Assembly (NCBI RefSeq): GCF_028641065.1
Contig: NC_073386.1
Coordinates: 22,506,001 to 22,570,000 of the forward strand
From: Leucoraja erinacea
Lineage: Eukaryota
Length of the DNA stretch: 64,000 nucleotides
Direction of reading: 5' to 3'
In this document: positions 47,508 through 60,700 of the stretch, piece by piece
Numbering within the stretch: position 1 is the first letter of the stretch
Layout: each line of letters begins with the position of its first letter
Program-made: the position numbers and the translations under genes
The notes under the pieces: model-generated
What the model saw: only the letters and a program-made list of their open reading frames with translations
Database searches by the model: none
What the model was told of the DNA's origin: nothing

Positions 47508-50500
47508 GATGTCATTTGCAAATTTTAGGTCTCGTGGTTTTTGGGTACAAACTTTTGTTTTGCTATGCCATGGCCCATAAAATGAGTGCAGAACATCTAC
47601 TGGCACAGTATCTTTTCTGATTTTAGTAAATCAGTGATGCTACAGGTAGTTGCAACTGCATTTGTCCGGTGATATATTGGGTTGTGGAAATCCAGTAAAA
47701 AGGTCTTGGCAAACCAATACTTAACTCTAAAATTGGTAGAGGATAATGGCATTATCATGCACCTGAATTTCAGTTTGCGATCAAATGTTTCAAAATACCA
47801 ACAAGCTATTTAATGTATCTCTTGGGGTTGAATTCTAACATTAAGGCTGCAAACAAATTACAAAGGAAAACCTGTATGGCTTGGTTTTTATTTAATGTTT
47901 TTTACAAAATTGAAATTACTACCTTTAAATTAGAGCTGACATTTTGTGTATTATTTTCATTGTACAGACAAAATGTCACAGCCAAAATGTTTAGCAGTTA
48001 CAAATTCCAAAAGTTGTTGTGGTTGTAGTTTCATTTCCAGTGTATGGTAGCCTATTGTGCATGCCAGGTGTTTTAATTTTAAGTTGATAAAACTCCCAAG
48101 TTGCTTATTCTTAAGCACTGTTTATTCTGCTCCTTTGATTGAACAGGGAGGTGTCCAGTTGTGATTTTTAAAGCTAGATCTTCTGCATAACTGCATCCCC
48201 TTGCTTACTGGCTATCATAGAGCCCCTGATTCACCAGTCTCTACTCCAATCATTGTAAAATAATTTGAACTGTCCGAACCTGCTCAACCCAAATGCCTAT
48301 AAGATTCCAGTACAACTGCCTCATTTTCCAAAGGATAAAAGTAATATGTTCAAATCTTTAATCTTCTAACTTCAGGTTTATTTAGCCTTGTAATTTAAAT
48401 CCACCTTTGGTTATATTTTGCAGACAGGTTTTACCTGCAGTTTTACCTTTCGCTTCAGTTTATGAATAGTTGGAGGATTTGTCTTGAAACCCCTTGCATT
48501 GTAGTTAGTTGAAAGCAGCATAAATTGTGCAATACTGTCGGATTGGTTTCTTGCTGACTTGTGCAGAAAGGATTTTGTCACTTGTTCTTGGATATGAACC
48601 AGGGACTTTGTCTTCAACTTGACACGAGCTGTAAAATTCAAATCTGTTAGGAAGAATATAATAGCTTGCCATGTTGATAAAACTACAATTTCCTAAAGTA
48701 AACTAACCCTGGGCAGCCAGCGGTTGGGTATGGAACGTTCAATTATCTGATTTTTATTTCTCATGTCAGGAGGGAAAATACTTATGGCTAATCCCAACAG
48801 TTGTGGAACTGTATATTTTAAAACTTCCTGGTACTAAGGTTTTTGAGACTATTAGTTGGCTATTGGATCCCTCCAGTGTACTTGTCATTCATTTACTCTC
48901 TTTTCCTCTTGTCAACTTGCTAATAGTAGTTACATAAAGAATATTTGAATGGTTCTTGAATTTGGGACTGTTGCATGGACATAATGGGTGACTTACTCAA
49001 GGATGAAAATGGCAAATAAACCTGCTTGCACTTGGCAGCTGTTAGGCAAGCAGATTGCTTAATTTCCCCTCACCATTTTTGGGATGGAATAGAATTTTTA
49101 GGGTAGTTGATATGATGGGTGAGAAATGATAGCACACTTGAAATTTGAGATGTTAAAATTAAAGCACAACATAATTTTTGACTTGCAGAATGAATTTTGT
49201 TGAATGAAAAACAAGGAATTACAGGTTTCAGTTTCCAAAAACTGCTGAAGTAACTCGAGTCGGGCAGCATCGTTGATTGACATGGATAAGTGACATTTTG
49301 GGTTGGGAACCTTCGTACATCGGATATTGTTGTCAAACAATACTGTCCATTTCACTACAGTGGGAAATTAGCAGCAGCTACTCTGTTCTCATGTATGTGA
49401 CCTAATTAAAAGCAGCTTTTGGAAATGTGGGAATTGGAAAGTTCCAAGGTTATTGTTAACTGTTCTGTTTATTCCATAAGTGTGCCATTAGAATCTGGTG
49501 TATTAAATCACAACAGATTGGATTCCCCACTTGCAGTAGGGAAATAATAATTGAACTGCCACAGGGACAATGTCTCCATTTACTTGATTATAACTGGAAT
49601 TATCTACTAGATGTTTGTGAATGCCAGAATATAAAAAAAATAAACTACTGCTTTCACAGTTAACTAAACATTGAACGTTTCCCTTCTAATCCCAAATTGT
49701 TCAAAAAAAATTAGTTTCATCTTTTATGGTTCCAAATTTTGATTTTCTATCCCAGAGCATAAAATGTATTTGGGATGGACTTAGATGCTGGTCTTGACAG
49801 CAATGATTATCATGAAATACACCAGCAATAACCATCACCAAATTCTCCTGAAGGAGGTGAACTACTTTAAATCACTTCAGATCTAGTGAAGCTATGCTTA
49901 CAATGGTTTTGAGTATGAAATGTCATGATTTGACCGAAAGACCAGCTATATTTTCAGGGCTACATGGTGTGCAACTTGAAGAAACTGGGGATTATAGCAT
50001 TCCCACACACTTACTCCTCAACATCTATGATAGAGATTGCAAGAAAAGGCTGAGAAATGACAATGAAGTTTGCAGATGTTGCATTCTTCAGCCTTAAATG
50101 AAGGAGGAAATGTGTACAAAATGACTAGTCAAACAAGCAGGCTGCATTCCCGCGGGCAAGTGGGGACAGTTCCACAGATGACTCCTGCTGTGTAGATGGT
50201 GGAAATACTTTTAGATGTTGGAAGGTTATACACTGGAATTATGGTATATTAAGCAGGGACTCTGCAACAGTATCCCCCACCCACCTTGAGATGGTAGGGA
50301 CTCTGGTATACCTTTTGGAATAACAAGGTCATTTATTAGATTCTCTCAATGGTCATTGACTTGCAGGGCCTTGTTTCATACTCTAACTTGGAGGTTGTGG
50401 ATGAGGTATGACTTGGATTTGCCCCGTGTGACACCTAGTTCTGTTAACAATTGCTCACCAGGGGACCTCTGCAAAGGTCGGTGTAATTGTTGATTGTAGG

Positions 50501-51533
50501 GTAGTGGTACTAAATGTTTTCAAGTTTGAAGGATGCAAAATGAGCAGAATAATAGATAATAGGTTTCTTGTGGGTGACAATGTTGCAAAGACTGAGTAGA
50601 TTTGTGATCCGAGTAATGACAGCCCAGCTAGGCTTAAGACAGTTGACAAAAACAACAACTAGACACTACTGTTTTATACCCACCGTGAAGTGATACATGA
50701 CACTCTTAAACTGATATTGGTCAGGAAAATAATCTGGTAGATAGTTGACCAGCCATTGAGCTGGATACTGCAGGTGAGAGTACTCCACATAATCAAAACT
50801 CATGGTTGAGATTTTAGAATGGGAGTTCAAATTGAGTTGGAAATATTGGAATGGTGTTTAGTTCTAGGTCCCCCTATGAATGGGGTAGTTCACCACCAAG
50901 GAATTGTATAATAATGAGTGGCTCTTAATCATCTCAGTTCAGATTTAACTAGAGTCAGCTGTTTCATTTCCATCACATATGGAAATGACAATACATCACC
51001 CATTTTGGTTGGAAGCTTTTACCTAGACATCCTCTGGAATGAATGTGTGGGTACAATTGTTAAAAAGTGAATTTTTTTCAAATGTGCAAATGGCAATTGT
51101 GAAAGAGCAATAAATTAGGTGATGGTCTTGTGGCATGAGTTAGAGGTGCAAAAATTGCCAAGAGAATTGTTCAGGCTTGGTCAGTCTGGCACACCTCTAA
51201 CATCAGCTATAAGAACAGTGTCTTGCCAGCATAGCAAGTGTGGCGATTTCTTGCGTAACTAGATTTGAGATAAACTTGATTCAATACATCTTATTTCTGA
51301 ACTCCTGAGAAATGTTCAAATACGTTGGCTTTGCCCATTATGGATCCGAATCAGCAACATTCAGTTGGGAATGATACAAGTTTTGTGTGCTTGATGCCTT
51401 GATTCTGTCTGTCAAATGCAACCCAGATTTGAGAATGTTTGGACATCATGCCTGTTCAGTAATGGCAGAACATAAATGAAGGGAACAGCTCCAACTTTCA
51501 TATAAATAAGGTTTCTAATTTTAATGTACATAC

Positions 51534-51674
51534 CTCTCTGAATTTCTGCGATAATTGTCTTTTAAAGTCTTCCACAGACAGGCCAGCAGGAATCAGCTGC
51601 CTCAGGAACATATTACTAGGTTCTGGCTCATACTGTTCCAAGAGTTCAGATGACAAATATGACCTATTAATATG
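51534..51674 (-). CDS. Unknown gene exon H (HINRSYLSSELLEQYEPEPSNMFLRQLIPAGLSVEDFKRQLSQKFRE)
   Basis: ttctttcttaaag| acceptor, GAG|gtatgt donor, 141 nt. Confidence 0.8.
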
Positions 51675-54600
51675 CTTTAAGAAAGAAAATTAGAACAAAC
51701 ATTGTCCTTGTGTATAACTCATGTCATGAATGATAGGAGATGCACTGATTATTTCCAAATTAGAAATTATGATTAGGTGCTAAGGTACACAAAAAAGCTG
51801 GAGAAACTCAACGGGTGCAGCAGCATCTATGGAGCGAAGGAAAGTTTGGGGAGTCTGCATCCTGGGGGCATGAACATCGAATTCTCCCAATTTTGTTAGT
51901 CCTTGCTGTCTCCTCTCCTTCCTCAGTCCCCCCGCTGTCTCCTCCCATCCCCCAGCCTTCGGGCTCCTCCTTTTTCCTTTCTTGTCCCCGCCCACCCCCG
52001 TCCCCGATCAGTCTGAAGAAGGGGTTCGGCCCGAAACGTTGCCTATTTCCTTCGCTCCATAGATGCTGCTGCACCCGCTGAGTTTCTCCAGCTTTTTTGT
52101 GTACCTTCGATTCTCCAGCATCTGCAGTTCCTTCTTAAACACATGATTAGGTGCTAGATGGATTTATGATCCATCATTTAAATGGCAATAAGCTGACAGA
52201 TGAATGTCCTGTTTATGTTATCTTTATAAAGCAAAAGATTAATACTTAATATCTACATTAGCATTACGAGCCTCGTTTTAATATAGTAATACAATAGAAT
52301 TTTTCTGCACGTTACTGACTGGAGGTCAAGTAATAACCATTGTACATTATCTGCATAAGAACAGTAACCTTTTAAATGCTCTATTGCTGGGGAGGAGTAG
52401 TGAAGGGAGATGTTGCTCTGCATAATGCTTACTTGTTCAGAATATCTTGCCAGCTCTTCATCCCTCCTTCCATCTGCAATACTGACTAGCACTGATGCAC
52501 CTTTCATCTGAAAAATCTACACAAGAAAACATATTTAAGAGGGTTGCATTTCAAACAAAGTATCCCTTATTTTTTCCATTGTCACTTACAGTATTCTTCT
52601 GAACAAGATCATCCAGAACACTCGGGCATTCTCCCCTTGCTAAAGCAGCCAAGGCATCCTGCGTGAAAGAAAGAGTTAGGTTTTTTTAGATTTTGAATGG
52701 AAGAAATTCCCCTTATGTTGTTAATGGTATTACTTTGGCCATCTATTATAAGCCCTTGGTGTTCTGATCCATTCCAGGCAAAGGAATTCAATATTGGACC
52801 ACACACCAATTATTGCTGTTAAATTGTAAACCTAAGATGAATTTCTTCAGTGTTAGATTGAAGCTGGACTGATTCCCCCAAACTTGTATAATTGGCACTC
52901 ATTTCAAGTTGATTGCAAGAGGAAAATATAGGTCTATTGTACTAATCCTATAATATCCCTCGCTTTGAGAATGAAGTTGGTTCCAGGGGGTCAAACATGA
53001 ATACGGCTAGGAAATGTAACACCGAATACAAGCTTGTGTATGTCACCAAATATATACATATTCATACCTGAGTGGGAGCTCCTTGATACAGTGGTAGTTG
53101 ATAAATTGCTGTGTGACAGTAACCTTTAGAAAACACCTGGAAGGCAGTCCAGACCTGGTCCTTAATTTCATACTTAAGTGCCTCAGCCTCCACTGGAGAT
53201 GGGGAGACAGCAACTTCATAAAGATGAACAATCAAGGCGAGGTACTTGTTGTAAACTCGTCTTGGAAATGACTGCAAATATAAGACATTTTATTGGAAAA
53301 CGTTTGGCAGCATTGAGAAGCATCCTAGAACCAATTGTTTCTGAAATCCGCCCTTGAAATCAATTCCTGCCTTCCTTCAACCTGCACAATCAAATGTCTG
53401 GCAGTGAACGTCCAGGTCAGAAGTGGGGATGTTTTGATTGTGCAATGTCCAATACCATTTGTAGCTCCTCAGCCAGGTGAATATCTTGCCATCTTTGACA
53501 TTCATTAACATTGCTCTCAGCCAGATCTCACCCTCTCTATCCTGCAAGTCACCATTGACCAAGAACCAGCTATACAGCAAAGCCGGAACGAGGTATCCCT
53601 ATGTTAAATCCACCACCCTAAGCATATATTCCCTCGACCAGCAATGCAAACTATCCACAGTGAGTTGATACACTGCAGTTATGCTCCGAGGCTGCTCCAA
53701 TACCACCTCCCAAATACACGTGTTTCTTAGTGGGAGGGATCAACGGCAACAAGCACTTAGGAACAACACCACTTGTAAGTTCCCAAGAACACTCAAATAC
53801 CTTGAAAAGGGGGCTCACCACCTTCTCAAAAATGTTTAAGAAAGAACTGCAGATGCTGGAAAAATCGAAGGTAGGCAAAAATGCTGGAGAAACTCAGCGG
53901 GTGAGGCGGCATCTATGGAGCGAAGGAATAGGTGACGTTTCGGGTCGAGATCCTACTTCAGACTGATGTGGGGGGGGGGGAGGGGGGAAGAAGAAAGGAA
54001 GAGGCAGAGACAGTAGGCTGTGGGAGAGCTGGGGAGGGGAGGGGAAGGAGGAAGAAAGCAAGGACTACCTGAAATTGGAGAAGTCAATGTTCATACTGCT
54101 GGGGTGTAATCTGCCCAAGCGAAATATGAGGTGCTGTTCTAATTTGCGATGGGACTCACTCTGGCCATGGCGGAGGCCCAGGACATAGAGTTCGGATTTG
54201 GAGTGAGAGAGGGAGGTAGAGTCACTGATGGAGGCCCGCGGGGAGCGGCGTCCGGTCGGCGGGCGAAGCGTCGGAAGATCCAGTCAACGATGGCCGGTGA
54301 GGCGGCGATAGTTGGAGGTAACGGTGAGGGTCGGCGGTCTCAGTGAGGTTCGGCGTCATCAGTGGGTAGGTGAAGGTTGGCGGCCACGTGGAGGTCAGCG
54401 ATGCCAGCGTCTTTGGTGGTCCGGGCCTGAGACCGGTCCGGGAGGCGGTGATTGTTGGTGCTGCTCCTCATGGCAAAGATGGCGTCGCGGGTCTGGGCCT
54501 CGTGGTGTTCGGGCAGGTGGCGCGGGCCAGTGTGGGGGCCCGGGGCCTGCAGGCAGTCAAGTCGAGGCGTGCCGGTGGCAGGAGCAGTCTGGAGGCGGGC

Positions 54601-57600
54601 GAGTTTAAGGTCTGTGGTGGAGTTGAAGTGGGCAAGGAATCGTTTGTTGAAGGCGTGGATCTGCCGTTGGATGAAGTAGAGTTGGGGTCCGTTGCAGGTC
54701 TGGGTGAGTGAGGCCCGAAGATTCGGGAGTCAAAGCGAGGTCCTGTTGGTGCCGGCGCATCACAGCCAGAGTAGATCGCAGGGCACGGAAGAAGAACTGC
54801 CGTGTAGGGCAGCAGATAGCCTGTCGGTATCTATAGTCCGGGTTGGGTCCAAACTGGGAGGTAGGGAACTGGAGCTGGAAACTATGAGGTACAAGATGGA
54901 GGCACAGGCAAGTCCCGAGATAGCAAACGTGGCTGTGGTTACGAGTTTCTCCAGCATTTTGTCTACCTTCTCAAGAATGATTAGATACAGGAAATAAACG
55001 CTGCAACATGAATAAATGAAAAAAACGTACTGACCCTGGACCAAAACTACACTCTAACAAGACACCTTTCTTTGCTCTTTAACCTCATCAAATGTTTCCA
55101 CCACACAACATGTATTTTACAATATAAAGACATTAAAAAATATATATTGATGGTGATTTCTAGATAACATTCAATCCTTAACCCACAGTGTTTGTATCAG
55201 CACTTCGTCCTCACACCAGAGATTACCACTGACTCCTATGTAGTTTTACACCGTTAAACATGATCAGCCCATGATATCTACTTTTTAGTTTCTGTACTGT
55301 AATACCAGCTCAAAGGAGAGTAAAGTGTCCCAGTTAGATCTTCATAATCCAGGTTCTTGTTAAATATATAACTATATTGATGATCCTCAAGTTAACTTTA
55401 TGGCTGGGCTGCTAATGTATTAATAAGAGTTGCTGAGGCAACCCAATGAGACTCCGGTAATAGTTCTAGGTTGAAAAATAGTCTACAATGCAAGCACTAA
55501 AACCTTAATTTATATTACCTTAAAATTATCCAACCACATTGGGCATTTTTGCAGACTGTTGAAATCTATGTTTTCTATGAAAACTGGGTGATCATATTTA
55601 GCCCAAGGGCTACCATAATAGTAAGCGCCTGGTGGATTGAATGAAGCAAGAGCTAACGTAAAGTTACTCCAAGGTACATTTCTGGCTCTGTCCACAGATA
55701 CCTGCAAAGTAAATAAGGAAAAAATCACTATGCAAGAAAATAAATAAAGATAGATTTCAAAGTTAAAGTTCAAAATCACCAGTACAATGGACCAATTTAA
55801 TTTTTCTGTCAGTGTGAACTCTGCATATTTTCTCATGGCATGCATTCTCCGAATGGGGCTTGAAGGTTCATCAGCCACAGTAAATTAACCTTTATGTGTA
55901 GATGAGGGTAGAATCTGTTGGTGGGAGGAGTAAAGGGGGAATTATATGTGAATGCAGAGACAATAGAACAGGATTATCATAGGATTAATGTAAATAGATG
56001 CTTGATACCTAGCACAAACTCTGGGCCAATAGGTTTATTTCCATACTGAAGGACTAAATAATCAAGTTGAAGATTAAAGCATTTTGTTTCCCTTTGAACA
56101 AAATAAATGGAGCCATGAAAAGGAGGCAACATGAGATGCAGTGTTTAGGTGATGAGATATTAGAGTATGCTACAATGACCATACTATTCAGGCCTAATCA
56201 AATTAAATAGATTAGCACAGGACCATGTGTGACAGTGCAATAAACACAACTATCGTGCCAGAATAGGAGACCAAAAGAGAGCGTAAATATCTCAAGCACA
56301 GTGTTACTGCTTGGGACACTTGTGAGTAAGTAGATCCCAAGAACCCCAATGGTACAAGCACATGACCTGGCAAATCTACCCCAGTCCTTATGGAAAGTCA
56401 GATATACTTAAACATTGGACCATCAAATGCTTGGCATCAGATAGAGCAGCCTCGTGGCAGTCCAATTTTTATATATTTTTCTCCAAAACTCCTATAATGG
56501 TTTTACTGCTTTCAATTGATAGATCAATAACTGTTAATCTTACCATACCTTGATGCCAAATGTGGTGAGGTATCTGCTTATATAGGTCAAGTTGAAAGTC
56601 ACTGGTTTATCATCCACCAGTTTTGAAAGTTTCATGTATATCCAGTTTTCAAGTTCTGTATCTGTGCTAAAGTCTTGTGCTTTGGTGCCAGCTATCATTG
56701 GAACAATTTCTCGAACTGAAACAAAAGATCTTTGAAAAAGACCCAACAAGTGTGTCACAAAGAAAAATCTTTTGAGGGTTAATCAATCTAATTCAATACT
56801 TTGAGAATAGACCATTCACGAAACAATCTTTTCAGGGGCAAAGGAAGTGGGAGTTTGAAACAGTGATAAATAAATAAGTGATTAGTATGGGTGTCAGGGG
56901 TTATGGGGAGAAGGCAGGAGAATGAGGTTAGGAGGGAGAGATAGATCAGCCATGATTGAATGGCCTAATTCTGCCCTCATCACTTATGACATGATAACTT
57001 AAAATGTACATCAATGATCAACATAGAAATCTAGATTTAAAAATATGATTAAAAAAATCTGAAATCCGAGCTGATTAATACTTGGATATGGATCTTCTAT
57101 CAGAACTGAAAACTGAAAGATATATTTTCCCAACCAAACTTTATAACTTCTCACGACAACGTAATGATCGCTGCAGTCACAAGCCGTAGGATTTTTGAAA
57201 TCAATATTACTTAATTGCAAAGGGCAAATAATATAATATACTGTTACTGAAGCCAGAAGTGAGCTTGGCTGAGTTAGAAATGTTAGAAAGGCAACAGAAA
57301 AATAATTATATCTGTTATCAAGAATATAAATTATCCTTGGTCACATTGTTATTTGTACCAGCTGTGTAACTTTTCAAACACATTGAAGTGCATGGAACAT
57401 ATTTTTAAATTAGACCACAACAATGAATGTTCCAAATTGTATAGTTTAAGTGCATATGAGAAAATGTCTATTCCATCATTTTTTTTTCAAATTAGACAAT
57501 CACAGTGCCCTCCATAATGTTTGGAACAAAGTACTCCACAATTTGAGATTTGTAATAGAAAAATCACATGTGATTAAAGTACACATTGTCAGATTTTAAT

Positions 57601-57663
57601 AAAGGCATTTCTATACATTTGGGTTTCACCATGTAGAAATTACAGCTGTGTTTATACATAGTC

Positions 57664-57700
<37 letters not shown>

Positions 57701-60700
57701 ATTTCAGCTCACCATAATGTTTGGGACACATGGCTTTTCAGATGTTTGTAATTGCTCAGGTATGTTTAAATGCTTCCTTAATGCAGGTATAAGAGAACTC
57801 TCAGCAACTAGTCTTCCTATCACCTTTGGAAACTTTTATTGCTGTTTATCAACGTGAGGACGAAAGTTGAGCCAATGAAAGTCAAAGAAGCCATTATGAG
57901 ACTGAGAAACAATAAAACTGTTAGAGATATCAGCCAAACCTTAGGCTGACCAAAATCAACTGTTTGGAACACCATTAAGAAGAAAGAAAGCACTGGTGAG
58001 TTTACTAATGCAAAGGGACCTGCAGGCCAAGGAAGACCTCCACAGCTGATGACAGAATTCTCTCTATAATTAAAAAAAATCCCCAAACTGACTGACAGAT
58101 CTGAAACATTCTTCAGGAGTCAGGTGTGGATTTGCCAATGACCACTGTGCCTGGGATCATTTGACAATGATCCCGGGCATTCAGGTCTGGAGATCCCAGA
58201 GGTCTACAAGAAGTCCAGATACGACCTTGGTATGGCCACCAAAAAGGTGCTCCAAGCTGGAGGATGAGACGGATATTCGGCAACTGTGGGAGGGCTTGAA
58301 TGCAATCACCTCCTACAAGGCGAAATCAGGAGGCAGCTCAAATGTGAGCAAAGCATCACTCCCTGAGGTTGTAAACACTGCCCAGTCCATCATCGGCTCT
58401 GACCTCCCTTCCATCGAGGGGATCTATCGCAGTCGCTGCCTCAAAAAGGCTGCCAGCAACATCAAGGACGCACAACATCTTGGCCACACACTCATCTCTC
58501 CATTGCCATCAGGTAGAAGATACAGGAGCCTGAAATTTGCAACATCCAGGTTCAGGAACAGCTTCTTCTCCAAAGCCATTAGACTATTAAACACAACTTC
58601 AAACAAATTCTGAACTATAACAGCCTATTGCACTTTATCTGTTTATTTATGTGTGTGTATATATATATATATATATTGTATGGTATGGTATATGGTATAT
58701 GGGCACACTGATCTGATCTGTATTTATGCCTACAATATTCTGCTGTGCTGCAGCAAGCAAGAATTTTATTGTCCTATCTGGGACACATGACAATAAACTC
58801 TCTTGACTTGACAGAAGACTTGATGATCAGTAATACAGAGGCTACACTGCAAGATGCAAACCACTGGTTAGTTGCTAAAATAGGATGGCCAGGTTACAGT
58901 TTGCCAAGAAGTACTTAAGAGCAACCACAGTTCTGGAAAAAGGTCTTGTGGACATGAGACGCAGATTAACATATATCAGAGTGATTGCAAGAGCGAAGGA
59001 ATTCCCCTAGATCCAAAGCATCTGTGAAACACGGTGGTGTGGATGTTATGGCCTGGGCATGTATGGCTGCTGAAGGTACTGGCTCATTTTTCTTCATTGA
59101 TGATACAAAGACAATGCTGATGGTAGTAGCATTAAAAAAATGGAAATTTGAAGTAAACCAATTGAGTTTTTATATACTGAAGGGAAGGGGACTAGCCCCC
59201 ATGTATAAACTAAAGATGGCTGCAATACAGGCCTGGCAGAGCATCACCAGAGAAGACACCCCCAGCAACTGCGCAGACTTCAAGCAGTCATTGCATTACC
59301 ACAACAAGTGGTCACAGTGGAAACCAAAACATATAAAATTTGCCTTTATTAAAATCTGACAATGTGCACTTTAACCACGTGTGATTTTTATTCTCAAATT
59401 GTGGAGTACAGAGGTAAATAAATAAATGATGAGTCTTTGTCCCAAACATTATGGAGGGCACTGTATGTATTTCATATGGCAAACAAACAATAACATGGGC
59501 GTCACTATACTTAGAGAAATAATAAGATAAATCTCTGAAGATTAACCTGAAAATCTGCTTTATTGATGCTAATGTCATCTATCAGAAAATGTGCTGACAT
59601 GTTTAGTAAGAAGGTTTTCTTTTTAATACATCAGTTAATAACTTTCAGTCAACTCACCTGTTAACCATGGCATGGTAAATATCATTTTCACCTGTGGTTG
59701 GACTGGCCTTGTCCGAATAGTATACTTTATCTTCATAGTTTGGCCTCGGCTGAAAAAGGCCAAGTTTAGTCCATTCAATTTTGGGCACCTTGTCCGTCTC
59801 AATATGTTGGAGGTTCTTGTCAGCTTGTATCTTCACTAATCTCACCAGTAATGTAGCACATGGAATAAATCTACAAAGGAAGGAAATATGGTTGGATGTG
59901 ACCTTCTAGAGGGGACAAGTTGGAATAATATGATGCTGATGGTGATACAGTAGCTTTCATGCATGTGCTACATTCTGGAACTAAAATCTATCCAATTACT
60001 TATGCTCCCATGTGCTGTTTCCACAGAAGAATAAATACTTTCAAACCCAATTCATTTCTGGAGGTTACAGTTGATCCCTCTTCCAACTCCTTTTCAAATT
60101 CCTTAAATGACATTTCTAAATCCCCATATTTATTCTCTGAAGAAGGGTCTCAACCCAAAACGTCACCCATTCCTTCTCTCCAGAGATGCTGTCTGTCCCG
60201 CTGAGTTATTCCAGCTTTTTGTGTCTATCTTTGGTTTAAACCAGCATCTGCAGTTTGTTCCAACACTTTATTCCCTGATCATACCTTTCTGCCACTGGAA
60301 GAGTTTTATTTACTCTTTAAAAATCACTATGAAAATGCCAGTTTAAAATCTCTTAACGCCTCCTCTCTGAGGAAAATAACTTCTCAAGCCTACTGCATAA
60401 TCCATATTGACATCTTATATTACATAATCAAAGACAATTCACATCCTGGTCAGCCTTTCTCCCTTTCTCCCATTGGGCAGAAAGTACAAATGCTTGAAAA
60501 CACATCTTACCACTTCAAGAACATCGTCTTCTTGCTGTCATCCCACTCCTGAACGAATTTCTCACATGCTAAGTATGTACAGTAAACCCTTGGTTTAGGC
60601 CGAGTGGACAGAGCAACGGGAGATGGAGGAGGCGGTGAAGGTCAAGTGGACAAAGCAAAGGAAGAAGTGGCAGCTGGTGAGCGGGGAGTAGCCCTACGGT

